Counted from the first letter of the stretch, positions 13,517 through 28,923 are shown. The stretch is DNA of 64,000 nt from Octopus vulgaris (GCA_951406725.2 OX597817.1:82832001-82896000); one strand, 5' to 3'. Notes: a model not told the origin generated them from the letters alone. Numbers and translations are program-made.

Positions 13517-13861
13517 GGGGGATCTTTCCATTCTATCAATGTGCTATTGTAACACCAACACAAGTTAGGTTAAACAAGGAAACTCATCTCAATGAAAAAA
13601 ATATAAAGCTATTATCTCCCTTATACCGGGAGAAATCTCTGATTACCTTCCTCTGCCTGGAACCCCATATTTCACGACATAGCGAAGACATGACACGATG
13701 TAGGTAAAGAAATTTGAGAAATTTGAAAAGAAAATAGGAAACCGGTTATTTCTCCAAAAACTGTTATTATACACCAAATTTTCTAATATTTTTCTAACAT
13801 AGCGATTTAAATATATTCTTTAACCTTATAACACAAGCCTTCTGTAGTTTTTTCACTCTTT

Positions 13862-13867
<6 letters not shown>

Positions 13868-13949
<82 letters not shown>

Positions 13950-14153
13950 TATTTCTATATATATGTATATATATTATATATTTGTATTTATATGTATGTA
14001 TATACACTATATATATATATAATAATATACATGTATGTATATTATTATATATATTTATATACTTATATTTATGTATATATATTATTTATATATAGGAATA
14101 TATATATATATGTATGCATATATATTGTCTATATACATTTATGCATATATAAC

Positions 14154-14191
<38 letters not shown>

Positions 14192-14200
14192 TATATAAGT
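13868..14200. repeat. (TA)n microsatellite and low-complexity tract (representative of dozens in the window)
   Basis: Direct inspection; explains the YIYI ORFs. Confidence 0.95.
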
Positions 14201-14519
14201 ATGACTCACTCTGATTGTGCATGTGTCTGTGCGTGTATGTCTGTAAATATATATATATATTTTGGGAAATATACTTTTGCCACCATGGGTAATACAAACG
14301 AATACGTCATAACACAATAATTAGAATTTAACTTTAATCAAATTTCTTGATGGTGTAAATTGATAAAGCGAAGACTAATTTTCAAAAGAAAAATATTCAT
14401 TATCTTAAAATAAAATAAAATAAAACACACTTATCATTTGCATATTTGCAATAGATACATGTTATTATTTTCCTAAATGTTTTCAGTATAATTGCAGTTT
14501 ACTCCATCGAAAACCAATC

Positions 14520-14559
14520 ACTACAAGCTTTCATTTAAAGTGTATACTCTTCAGGGAGT
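14520..14559 (-). ncRNA. Minimal type I hammerhead-like motif, degenerate
   Basis: Minus strand: ACTCC CTGAAGA GTATA cactt TAAAT GAAA GC TT GTAGT; intact core, one mismatch in each of stems I and II. Confidence 0.45.
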
Positions 14560-14951
14560 TAACGAGTAGTGCAGATCACCCGTTCTGCACCTCATACTTG
14601 AACTCTATCTGTATCACTCTTTTAATGTCTCTCTATCTTTCTCTCTTCTCTCTCTGCTATATAAAACGTGATTATATTTCAACCAGCCAACAAACTAACC
14701 AACATTTATTTTGGGCTACGACTATATAGAGATATACATATATATTTACTTATGTATATAGATTTATTTGTATCATACTTGCATTGCTTTCATTTTTCTA
14801 TGTTGTCTGCTACGTAAACCATGTAAATGAATTGAAGAACACCAACAGACATCATGTAAGTAAATAAATTCAATTAACAGCTATAAAAGTAATTTATAGC
14901 TATAACCTATCTCCATATACATACATACATACATACATATATATATGTATA

Positions 14952-14984
<33 letters not shown>

Positions 14985-14997
14985 ATACACATATATA

Positions 14998-15066
<69 letters not shown>

Positions 15067-16974
15067 GGGAATATTACTCCAGACTTACAGAGAAAATTCA
15101 ATTTAGTAATACTAAATTGATTATTGGTATATGTTTTTATTGTATATCTAATTTTTTTCTATATGGTATAATTTAATTATATCATTGTTATTTCATTGCT
15201 GAATTGATAAAAGGTGGCTCGACTCTAATTTATATATATATACATATATATATGTATATATTTATATATGCATACACACGCACATACATATACACATGCA
15301 CGCACACATATTTTAGGAGAAGACATGAGGTACTTATACTTATATTCGCAAACCATTAATTCAATACATCATATTGTGAAATAATTATATAAATATATAA
15401 ACACACGACAAAAATATAGTGGGAAAAATAAAACATTTTTAGTAACAATTATAAACAATTACTTTTATGTATATAGTTTAAAGCAAATTCATTGTCGCTT
15501 TTAATTCAATTATTTCAAGTTTGATAATAAACGACGGAGCGAAAATGTCCAGTAATGCTCTAAAAACATTGCAGTATTGTGATAATTTTATTAAATATTA
15601 AATTACCATTGTTACTACATTAATATTATTATTACTGTTATCCAGCAATACTAATAAGATAACAAATAATAAAAGATAATCAATGAATATAGAAAACACC
15701 GGTCTTCGATCTGTTACCGAGAATTATCGTAATCAAGTTAAGTTGAACGGCGCGATTCCTAATACTGCATGACGGTTCCGGGCGTAAGTAATCTTACACA
15801 TTTTATTCTTGTCGGAAAAATACTTATCTTCAATCTTATTACACATATGGATGGATTTTTCATGTAAACTAAGTATTGCATTGTAGCTTGTTTCCTTGAT
15901 GTAGCTACGTTGTTTCTCTTTTGATTTTATATTTTCAAAGTTTTCTATTAAATGCAGGCGGAAAAGTATCTTGGTTGCAATTTTACTTCCGTGCTTTAGT
16001 AAAACTACTAAGTTATCGGAGCACTCAAAGCTATCTAGTATTGCAATCATTTGAGTATACTTAACAATGGAAGATTTCTTTCATTGTTAAGTAAGTATGC
16101 CATCACTCTAAGAAGTTCACAGAACTTATAGATAATGTTTACAGATTACATAACAAAAATAAAACGTTACATAAATATAAAACAAAACAAACGTAGCTCT
16201 AATATTTTTCGTTTCGATTACCAAAGGCATTCAACAACTCCACACTGGAATTATAATTCTGATTGAGAGAAAGCAGATATACAAACTGATTCTTTGATTC
16301 TTCTTAAACAAAGGAAAAGCTATATTCCGTTAATGGAAAGAACGAAAACTTTTCGAAGGAAGTTTCTTGTGCAGGAATGTAAAAAGTGAAAATAATAAAA
16401 TCTGAAAGTAAGTATAACATTAGAATTCAAACAAACCTACAGCAAAATTTCCACTTGTCGCTATAACTGCTGGATTTAACAGCCATATAGCTCTCAATTC
16501 AAGACTTGCCATCTTCAAAAGGAACATGCCGAGATCAGAAATCAGAAATATAAATCAGAATCACACAGCTAAAGAAAGAAATATAAGAAAATAAACAAAA
16601 AATGCAGCAAATAGACAAACGCATGTATGACCATTCAATCTGAAAATACGTTGTACTGTACTTAGTAATTAGTGATAAAAGCAACGATCGCATTTCGTCA
16701 TAATTCACTTCAAAATTTCTTCAAATAACATATTGACACTTTAACAGCAAGAAAACACACTTACCGAATAAAACCCAGTCAAGGAGGTGCCTCGGTATGG
16801 CAGCAGTCCATTAAATGGAACAAGTACAAAGTAAAAAGTAGTCATTATATAAACCATACCCGGAAGACAGGAATATTACACGTAAAAAAAAATACACAAC
16901 ATTCACCGTCATAAATTTGACCCCTTCTTTCTGTCGGCTACCAAAAAACCCTTAATGACATATATATATATGTA

Positions 16975-17055
<81 letters not shown>

Positions 17056-17132
17056 AATATATATATGTATATATATATATATGTATATATATGTATGTAT
17101 ATATATATATATATATACACATATATATATAT

Positions 17133-17192
17133 ATATAATAACAATTTAATAAATAAAACATATGCATACATACATATATGTACAAACCTACA

Positions 17193-17231
<39 letters not shown>

Positions 17232-17618
17232 GCATATATGAGTACAGGATACCACAAATAAACGTAGAACACAACGAGATACGAAAACAGAAACAAAACA
17301 AGGAAACGGACTTTTTTTAACAACGAAAAAACAGAGTACATGACAAACAACAGAGGGAACATTCCTCTTCTTCAGCTGCCCCTGTTTCGACTCGTTGCGT
17401 GTTTCCCTCTGTTGTTTGTCATGTACTCTGTTTTTTCGTAGTTAAAAAAGTCCGTTTCCTTGTTTTGTTTCTGTGTTTTCGTTTCTCGTTGTGTTCTACG
17501 TTTATTTGTGGTGTCCTATACTCATATATGCATGTATATATATATATATATATATAGATGTAGGTTTGTACATATATGTATGTATGCATATGTTTTATTT
17601 ATTAAATTGTTATTATAT
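17133..17618. repeat. Long fold-back inverted repeat (~225-bp arms, ~40-nt loop)
   Basis: 17133-17360 is the near-perfect reverse complement of 17401-17618, including an internal (TA)n tract. Confidence 0.92.
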
Positions 17619-17694
17619 GATCGAACGCACGCGTCGTTGTCTTCTTCTCCAAGTAAGTTATTTATATATATATATATATACATATATATACTAA

Positions 17695-18290
17695 CAGCTA
17701 TACTCAAACCGCTAAATAGTAGTAATTCAGAAATCAAAGGAAAATGAAAAACATTTACCCTAGTCATCTTTGGACAATGCATTGTTTCGACGTACTTTTT
17801 GGTAAACCAGCCTAATTAAATTAAATCAAATTCAATCAAGACAATTTACCACTGGCTCGTCTCATCGGCAAAGAAGCCAGGAGGAATAAATATTCCACGA
17901 GGCAACAGCATCGATGCTTTGGGAATAAGTACTCTAAATTTTCAAAATCTACTGTCACCGCGCCAACTTATCAGCAGCAAATATAAACTGCTAATTTAAT
18001 TTCAGAATTAGCCAAAAAATCATTAATTAATCAATATAAGGGTAGCAAAAAAATCAATAGAAATTTTTTTCGCCAGCCAGTGGTCTAGTGAGAAAGAAAA
18101 AATAGTCAAAAGACTATATAATATACATTCAACAATAATATTAAGGAATGGCCTTAATAGGCCATTCAACTCACTAAAACGAGCAGCTATACTCAAACCG
18201 CTAAATAGTAGTAATTCAGAAATCAAAGGAAAATTAAAAACATTTACCCTAATCATCTTTGGTCAATGCATTGTTTCGACGTACTTTTTG
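17695..18290 (-). mobile_element. 489-nt partial tandem unit carrying a hammerhead (retrozyme/pLTR-like)
   Basis: 17695-17801 is repeated at 18184-18290; contains the HHR listed next; 3' end abuts (TA)n. Confidence 0.8.
17767..17874 (-). ncRNA. Type I hammerhead ribozyme with long stem II
   Basis: Minus strand: TCTTTG CCGATGA GACG..long insert..CGTC GAAA CAA TGCA TTG TC^ CAAAGA; 6-bp stem I, palindromic stem III ACAATGCATTGT, one core change (U4C). Confidence 0.8.
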
Positions 18291-18291
18291 C

Positions 18292-19083
18292 TACAATCTA
18301 GGTAACTCAAAAATTATACGCACTCTTGTCTCTGTAATTTATTAAAGCGAAAGTAATGGTTGACCAGTTACATCGTTTTTCGATGTAGTCTCCTTGCTTT
18401 TCGATGCACCTCTTCAGCAGTTTACAAGTTTGATTTTTCCACTAGAAAAGGAAGGTTTTCGGTTGGTCGCGCAGCCAATCATGCACCACTTCCCTTGCAT
18501 CTTCACCCGTAGCTAATAGACACCATCGTGAAAGATGTCTGAAAGGTCCAAAGAGGATATAGTTTGAAGAGGTGATGTCTTGACTGAATGAAGGGTGTTC
18601 CAAAAACTTGAAGCCTAATTTGTCCATGGTTTCAACGGTGTAGACGGCTGTATGTGTGCGTGCATTGTTGTGCAACAATAACACTTGATTTGACAATAAA
18701 GCTAATTGCTGGTTTCAGTTTGTTGGTCAGCATTTCTCTATAGCCTACACTGGTAACTGTAGATCTCTTTCCTAAGTAACATTCCAGTATAGGCTCGTCT
18801 GCCTCATCCGCATCCACACTCCTCCAACTAGTATTACTTTTGATACGAAAGGTTGAGTCTTGAATTTCTTTCTCAATGGCATTTCTACTCCATACTCTAG
18901 TTTTTGTATTCTGGCTCAAAGTGTTAGACACAGGCCTCATTTGCTGTAAATATTCTCCAAGCAAAAATCTTCGCCACATCGTTATAGCTTTGAGAGATCA
19001 CCACACGACTGCGCTTATGCGCTTCGGTAAGCTCTCTGCAGATAGTACAGGAATATGCAGATAATGTTTGAGTTCTCATTGTA
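18292..19083 (-). mobile_element. Mariner relic, internally deleted
   Basis: LLLHNNARTHTA...LEHPSFSQDITSSNYILFG..VHDWL matches HDNARPH/HPPYSPDLAPSDY.LF; imperfect TIR-like ends tacaat..aactcaaa.attat..gca. Confidence 0.8.
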
Positions 19084-20287
19084 TAGCATTAACCTTAAAA
19101 CGCTCTTTCCCATTCATTTCAAATATACTTCAAATCACATATACACTAAATTACGCACAATATCAACAGTGTGTTGGGATGTGCACTACCAGAAAGAAAG
19201 GGTATGCGTGCAACTGTTGTAATCGTACATTATCCGTTTCAACTGACCCGCTATAGCTGTCTTGATACAGTTCAGTATTCAATAAATTTATAACTTTCAA
19301 CTGTCTTACTTTCAAGATCAAAAGCTTTTCTTGTGGGTTTTGATGTGTTTTGAATAAATCTGATTATCTAAATAAACTGAATTTAATAGGGTTTTTTTAA
19401 GGTAAATCCCTCCTTGCAGGTAAAATACGTGTAAAAATAAAAGAAGTACAAGTCACAATGTGAAGCCGAAATGTTTTCCGTGTGGTTTTTTTAAAAGTGT
19501 TTTTGACGAATCTGATTATTAAAACTGTCCAAAGACACTCACTTTGAGTAATAGTGCAACTGAATATTGTTGTTGTTGTTATCGATGATGACGGTATATA
19601 TATAGCCCCATATCAGTTCTGACCAAGCAGATCTATGCTACATATAATGTAAATCGAAGTTTAAAATGCAAATACCATTTGTAATAGATATGTCATACAC
19701 CCGCCTGCAGTTGTCAGATTTTAGATGGAAAATTAAAAACAGAAGAAGAAAAAGAAAACGTTTTACTAAATCTGTTATAAACATTGTTACAAGTTAGTAA
19801 TTGCCATTTCTTGTTAAAATTTTTATTAAAAATGAAAAAAAAGATAGGTGTTTTATCTCGACTGAAAATATTCGACTTCAAAGTATATAACTATTCTGTA
19901 ATATTTTATTGATACCCGTTTGTCTCAAAGATATCGTAGTAACCATTTACCAAAGTAATTATCCAATGCCATGCTCTTTTACTTTTCTATTTCGAAAGTC
20001 CGCTGATATGAGTTTGCAGTTGAGTATAGTAATATAAATTACCTAGATTCCTCATCCTCTGAAGAAAGGAAATGAATGTTAGGGCAGAGAAGCAATACAC
20101 TCGAACTGAAACGCTGTACCGTCTATAGTAAATCATTACATATAGGAGTGCGCAGTATAATACAACTGTAAGTGGATGTATGACGTATATAGTACAACTG
20201 GTATCTGCTTTGAAAAGTTTGACCGACATTACATGTAGTATAGATCTGCTTGGTCAGAACTGAAATTGGCTATACATCATTATCATC

Positions 20288-20339
<52 letters not shown>

Positions 20340-20809
20340 ACAACAACAACAAAAACAGCAAGGCAACAAAAAAAACAACAACTAATTTACGATAAGTTGT
20401 TGGTCCTGAAAAACATCTGTCGTTCTTCCTTTTCTCACACTGAAATTCACGTTGTCATAAGAGGACAAAATAGTTAGCGGCAATATTTTACTTGCGAATT
20501 CTTTGTATGTAACACCTTTCGCTAAAATGGGGTTACATACTGTAAATCAATCATTCGTAAATATTTTCATCATATACTTCTCAAGATCAAACAAATTTAC
20601 AGCTAGTTATGGCAATACGTTCTTGGTGGTGTATATAATTTCATATTCTTGTTCGTAATCAAAATACATAGATAGGCTATGCATACATAAACACACACAT
20701 ATATGAATCTGTATGTGTGCGTGTGAATATACATATATATTTACATACACACATACACAGATGTCTGTATATATATATATGTGTGTGCATATATATATGA
20801 TCCTTCCGC

Positions 20810-20855
<46 letters not shown>

Positions 20856-20878
20856 GTATATATATGTATATGTATATA

Positions 20879-20983
<105 letters not shown>

Positions 20984-21010
20984 GTATATGTATATATATA
21001 TGTATATATC

Positions 21011-21041
<31 letters not shown>

Positions 21042-21084
21042 GCATATAGATATATATGCAAATATATATATGCATTTATCTCTG

Positions 21085-21118
<34 letters not shown>

Positions 21119-22894
21119 CTCACACATAAGACACGCGTGCACGCGCACACTCACACACACACAAACACACTACGCACACAAACATACTACGCACACAAAC
21201 ACACACACACACACACATATAAGGTGAAGCAGCCGAAATTTCAAAGTCACTGTTAATTTTTTTCTGATACAAGGTTTATAAGCATGTACTCTACTAAAAT
21301 GTGTCGACTAATCCTTCAGTTTAATGCTGAGTTGTTAGTACATAATACTTAACATAAAACTAAAAACAAACGTTAGGATACACACATAACCAACCAATCC
21401 GCCACGCACAGAGACACATACATATATTCTATAGCATTCGACTCATCTACAGCAATAACTATAAATCACAGATGATACTGTTAACAGAGTATCCAACGAA
21501 TGTTTCCCTCGCTTCAAATTCAAATTCACCCGTGAATATAGATGGAAAGTAACGCATTGCTCTTGAAGTTTTACAGAGTTCCGAGACCAATGGCAAAAAG
21601 GAGAGGAAGAAACCGTGACTAATGGTTTATTCTCATACCACATCTCTGTTTCCGAATGTTTGCACTGATATGGTTAATGATTGCATTAGATTAGATTTCA
21701 CTAAAGAAGTTGATATTAAACGTTATGCTCACTGACAAACTTCGGTACAGCTCCCGGCACTTTGTGTTTGTCCAGTTTCATTTAGAAGGCTTGATTTTTG
21801 TTTTTAATACCAGAAGCTATCATATCACATTTTCGCGTATTCTACAACGAAATCGAACCCAGAAATACGTGATGTGAAAGCAGATTTTTAATCCAGTACG
21901 ACTCATAATCATAAAAGGTGAAAGCGAAATTAAACATTATTAGTCTTATAATAGTTTAAAAATAATTTTGTATCAGTAGTTTATGTTACAATCTATTTCT
22001 AGAAAATAATTCAGCTACAATAATTCGCCGGCAAATTTGAGATCTAAAGACGAAGTAGCTTTTGAATAATAATTTTAAAAGCAACATAATTCAATATTAT
22101 TAAATTCAATTTTGGGAACTTAAATTAAATATAATTAATCTATATGCTGAATGACTCCTTAAAATAATCAAGCTTCAAAGAGTGCAATGCTCGACATTCA
22201 TGAAGCTGCTGCTGCTGCAGCTACTGCTACTACTACTACTACAAGTAGTAGTAGTGGGGGGGGGGTAGTGGTGACAATAATATTAGCGGTTTTTACTCTC
22301 TCTTCCTAAGTATCTTCTACATCCTCCAGCTTTTTCATCTCCTACTTCTCTTCATCCTCATCTTTTCTGCAGCGGCGGAGTTGAAAGAGATGTCAGATAA
22401 AATACTTCCGTATTAGATACATCATGTTTAAGTAGTCAGCGAGCAATCATTTAATAAACTCTTGGTCAAACAAAACAACCATTAGGAACATGCAAAATGA
22501 TCTAAATAAATTTTTAAATTATATTACATAGAAGTGAAGAAAGAACAGATAGGGAATTATCGGCTAGTTGGTTGACAGAAAACAGGTTCAAACAAGCTGC
22601 CTTGTTTTGACGTGTCAGTGAATATCTCCAGAATAAAGGCGACTGATTTGTATAATCGTTAGAGCCATGAATTGATTGCTTTCTTTAATCCTTCTAGATT
22701 TCTACACTTTTCGTTCAAATCCCGTTGAGACCAGATTTGCCTTTCATCCTTTCGACGGATAAAGTACCAGCTGTAGTATCTTGTTAAATTTCTTTCGATC
22801 AGCTCTTCAAAGCTCTTCAAATTTTTGCTCGATCATTTTCAAAAAAATGTAGTTCTGGCGTAGTACTACATGCTGACGAGGAAAATTGCATCCA

Positions 22895-23050
22895 TATTCT
22901 TTTCTACTCTAGGAATAAGGCCGGAAATTTTTGGGGAGGGGGCCAGCCGATTAGCTCGGCCCCAGTACGCAGCTGGTATTTAATTTATCGATCCTGAAAG
23001 GCAAAGTCGACCTCGGCGGAATTTGAACTCAGCGCGTAAAGTCAGACGAA
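22895..23050 (-). mobile_element. SINE family B variant, partial
   Basis: Core ggta.ttaatttatcga.c..gaaaggcaaagtcgacctcggcggaatttgaactcag. Confidence 0.8.
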
Positions 23051-25340
23051 AAAAATCGCATTCATATTGTTCTAGCTATTTATAAAAAATAAAGAAGTTA
23101 GAAGCATTTAACATTTTTTTTAGACGTTGTGGTGTTGTTTAAGAAAGCACGTGATATGTCGGCAATGGAGGCTATCGATTGGCTAAAATTAGACCTGGAG
23201 AAATTTTGAAAAACATAAAAACATCAAGTGGTTGGTAGACATTTAGAATGATCACAGTCGTGAACTGAGGTAGGTTCTCCTGTTTCTATCTTTCTCTTTG
23301 TCTTTTTCTTTTCTCGAGGAAATCGGCTGTGGTTAAATTGGGAGAGAGGTGTGTTCGCTAAGTGTAGAAGAATGTCATGACGAGGCCCATTCAACTTTAA
23401 TGAGACGAGGACTAAAAGCAAGGTCTTGTATATGTAGATAGCATGAATTCACGAAACTTTAGAATCGGCTCGATGTTGCTTTGAGAAAAATGATCATCAA
23501 GAGATTAGCTTCTAGATATTGGAATACTTGCATCATATAATGGTCTCTAATTTAGTTACAAGACCATTCGTTAAGGAGGCGATACTATCGCCTCCAGTAT
23601 TTAATTGCTATTTTATTTTAGTGACTCCAAGAAAAAAATATGGCTCAATTTACCTCGTCAGATTTGAATTGGAATGTAAGTTTCTGAACAAATACAAGGC
23701 ACCTTTTCCAGCACTCAAACAATTTCCCTAGGATGCTGCTAAACATTTTGTCCAACGTGTAACGATTCTCCAAGTTTGCAACTTTTACACCCAGTTGATA
23801 TAATTCCTTCCAATATAGGTAAAGACCTGAAAATTGTGTGCGAGGTAGCTCATTGATACCATGAACGCCAGTGCTTAACTGGTACTTATTTTGTCGAAAA
23901 AAATCTAAGATAAAATCAACGAACAATGGAAGTTTTGATCTCAGAACGTAAAGCACATATATGTGTAAACATATATGTGTAAATAAATGTTTGATAAATT
24001 ACTGTTGCATTAAGAATTTAAGGCAGTGAACAAGCAACATTTCTAGCACACCGTGTGACATTCTTAGTAGCATTTCGTGTGTCCTCACGTTTTGAGTTCA
24101 AATACCATTGGGGTGGACTTTGCCTTTCATCCCTTTCGGGGGTCAATAAAACAAGTACCAATTGATTACTGTGCTCGATGTCATCGACTTAGTCCTTTCC
24201 CAACACTGCTGGCCTTGTGCCAAAATTTGAAACCCAAAGAATTTGAAATAAGAACGTAAAAGCTACTAAGAAATTTGTTCGATGCGCTAACGGTTCTGCC
24301 GGTTCAACCTTACATTCAACTCATGTATGTGGTTAGTATTTTTTCCGGTGTTATTTTCATAGTTTATTCATGCCATTTGTTACCAACGCGAAAAATGCTG
24401 CTTATCTTAAGCATAAATATCTACACAAACTGAATCTGTTGATCCTTAAAATCAATGAAAGGGTTTTTGCTGTTTCGGGATCGAAAATATAAAAGTAACA
24501 TAACTTACAAAATAAACACGATAACAAAAATAGAAATGAAAAGATGAGCCTTTTAATACCGTTTGGTCAAAATCAATCATGAAAAATTGTTACTTAGCTC
24601 TCATAATTTTATAAATTACATAGTTCGAGCACGCAGTGAGTCACTGTTCATACATTTGGAATGTGGTTACTGCTGTGAAGTTACACGGATATCGTAGACC
24701 ACATGCAAAACAACACAAGCCAACTGACTGGCAAAGTCTAATTTATAAACACAGTAAAACGTCTGCGCTCAAATATGTACTGTCAGAGCAATTCTCTCTC
24801 TTTTTCTTGCGTGGCTACAACGGTCTTTAATCCTCACAACAAACTACTTTGATCCTCAATTACAAACTACGTCTACACATTTCATCGTTTTTGCTATATA
24901 TCTCAGTGTATTACGGCTTTGAAATGTTTTTTCTCTCACAGCCCACGTCAACTCAGAGATATTTATACTTAAGATAAGCAGCATTTTTCGCATTGGTAAC
25001 AAATGGCATGAATAAACTATGAAAAATAATATCAGAATAAATACAAATCATATACATACATGCCCGAAAACAATGTGTGTTGCGCGTGTGCGTATATATA
25101 TATATTCGTATGTGTACGTGTAACATTAAATACAACACCATGTGCAAGATTTATAGTTCATTATTTAGATTTACATATTGTTTATTAGTTTCTTACAGTT
25201 GGTTTAGAACAATAACATCGGATGTGGGTATCTGTGAAAAGCTAAAGCTAAAAATAAATTATGAATAATCTAAAAAACAAGATAAAATTTGAACAGATTC
25301 CCATAATTAAAAAAACATAATAAAAGAAAATGTGTTTCAA

Positions 25341-25426
<86 letters not shown>

Positions 25427-25433
25427 ATATACA

Positions 25434-26314
25434 CAGGGTGCGGTAAATAAACTGTTGTCTAAATTATACTAAAATGAAAATAACACTGACACCTCATTTG
25501 AACAAATATATTTACAAAAATAACATAAAAATATCTTGAAATACTAAAAAGTAAATTTATTCAATATAATCGCCATTGGCTTCAACCACAGCCTCCAGAC
25601 GACTTTGGAAACTCCTGCAACTCTTCTGAACAGTCTCCTTCTTTAAGTTGGTGAATACTGCCATAATACTTGCATATAGTTCACCTTTGGTGTTACAAGA
25701 AGTTTTGTAGGGCCCTCACTCAACTGCGATCCACTCATAATAATCAAGGGGGTTGCTGTCTGGGGAGTTATGTAGTCAGATGTTAGGGGTGCTGTAGTGG
25801 CAGAAATTGTATGACAGTCCTGACTGGGTTCTCCTGCTTGTGTGGCATAGTGCACAACCAGACATAGGGTCTTCCAGCAGCGACACTCTTGAGCCAGGGT
25901 AGCGCTACCTCCTCCAGGCACTTAATGTAGGCCTCCGTGTCGGGACTGAGGCCGTGTGAGGAGATGTATGGAGGCATAACGTCGCCATCACTAGTGATCA
26001 CTCCAAATATCATGTCATTGAGTGAATGTCTGATTTTTATTACTCTCAGTAGATGTCCTTAGATTGCACTGTCTTCAGATTGACACCCAAACACTCAGAA
26101 ATGTTCGTATTGGAGATTCCGGCGCCAATGCCAAAAAGTACAGCTTGTTGTTTCCAAACTCCTGGCAGAGTGAAGTGGGTCATGGTGCTGTTTTTGTCAC
26201 AGACGGTGCCCAACTGACCCTACTATACTGTGTAGTCGCCAAACTAGAAAAAAAGCAATGCGCATGTGCGAAATTAAGAATATAAAATGATGACAGTTTA
26301 CCCATTGCAATCTG
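25434..26314 (-). mobile_element. Tc1/mariner DD37D (maT)-like transposon relic
   Basis: MIFGVITSDGDVMPP...YIKCLEEVALPWLKSVAAGRPYVW; imperfect TIRs cagggtgcggtaaataaactgttgtc and gatgacagtttacccattgcaatctg. Confidence 0.8.
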
Positions 26315-26319
26315 TATAC

Positions 26320-26632
26320 TGGCTTAGTGGTTAGGGTATTCGGCTCAGGATCACAAGGGGATGAGTTCAATTCCCAGCAATGTGCTGTGTCCTAGAGCAA
26401 GACACATCATTTCTCGTTGCTCCAGTCCGCTCACCTGCGAAATTGAGTTATGCCTGTTTGTCAAAGGGCCAACCTTGTAACATTCTGTGTCACACTGAAT
26501 GTCCTTGAGAGCTACGTTAAGGGTACACGTGTCTGTGGAGTGTTCAGGCACTTGCATCTAATTTCACGAACAATCTGTTCTGCTGATCGGATCAAGTGGA
26601 ACGCTCGTCATCGTAATCGACGGAGTACCAGT
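26320..26632 (+). mobile_element. tRNA-derived SINE family C
   Basis: tggcttagtggttaggg (A box), gagttcaattccc (B box); reverse complement of 51329-51647. Confidence 0.88.
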
Positions 26633-26770
26633 TACATACAAGAATATTGTTTGCGATAACTTCGAATTTTCGGTCTGCTAAGACATCATCGATTCAAAAT
26701 AAAAGTTAGCACACGGAAATTTTGAAGTCACTTTCAACACTATTCTTCTAAAAGAATAATGTTTGTGTAT

Positions 26771-26815
<45 letters not shown>

Positions 26816-27857
26816 CATGTATATATGAATGTATGTGTATGTGTGTGCGTATGTAACATCTGCTAATTAATCCATATACGTAGAGACATACACGCATGTG
26901 CAAAGACATATAGCTACACGCATCCATACGCACTCACGCACACAGACGCACATACATACACATACATACACACATATGAGTACAAATACATGCACGCAAA
27001 CACACACACATACACACACACACACACACGTATATATATGTATATATAAATATTTGGTTGATAAATTACTGTTGCATTGACGGCGTAATACTCAAATGCA
27101 TATAAAAGTATGGTGTTTACATTTGTCTATCAGTAGTGATGTCTGATGTCTATTGATACGTTCGGTTGCGCAGTGTAGCATATACGTCTATATTTGCGAG
27201 TGTGTGTGTTTCTATGTACGTGTGTATGTATGCATGTATGTATGTATGTATGTATGCATGTATGTATGTATGTATGTATGTATGTATGTATGTATGTATG
27301 TATGTATGTATGTATGTATGTATGTATCTACGTATGTGCGTGTACATGTTTGTGTAAGTGTGAGAGAGAGTGTGTGTGTGTTTAGATATATATATGCTTA
27401 AATAGTAATTTTGATCGACGTCTGCATTTGTTTGTAGATGATTTTCACTCATCTTTATTGCTTATATACCCGTGTGTTTGTATTAGTATCAGGTTTTGTC
27501 TCCCTTACAACGAAGCATAATCAATTGAACGATACATCAAATATCTGTGGTCTCTACCGGATAATATCATGAAAAGACACATCCATCTCTAAATAATAGA
27601 TTTCATGGTCTCCAATAGAAACACAGTTCTCAGTTATGGTTTTCCTATCTATCTCCTGCGCACATTAGCGACGGAAGTGATGATAAATACGTTCGGCTGG
27701 TAATAATAGTTTAATCACGAACGTGGCATATCCAGTACATGTCCTCAAACACACGCATACACACGCTTACATACCCGTACTGTTACTCAATCTCACATAT
27801 ACACGAAATCAAATACACAGACATATACATAAATATAAGTGCAGGTATGCATATATA

Positions 27858-27923
<66 letters not shown>

Positions 27924-27949
27924 AAAATATGTGTAGACTGTTACTTGTA

Positions 27950-28782
<833 letters not shown>

Positions 28783-28881
28783 AGTCAGTCACACACACAC
28801 GCAAACACGCACACACACACACGCGTTCACACACACACGCGCGCGTTCACACACACACGCGCGTTCACACACACACGCGCG

Positions 28882-28923
<42 letters not shown>

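Noticed and set aside
13716-13754. HHR-like GAGAAAT TTGAAAA..GAAA CCG GTT ATTTCTC
   Set aside because: Stem I and the palindromic stem III are good, but there are two core changes and no stem II; too weak to call
26320-26400. tRNA-like A/B boxes here and at other SINE heads
   Set aside because: No complete cloverleaf; they continue into SINE bodies, so they are not tRNA genes
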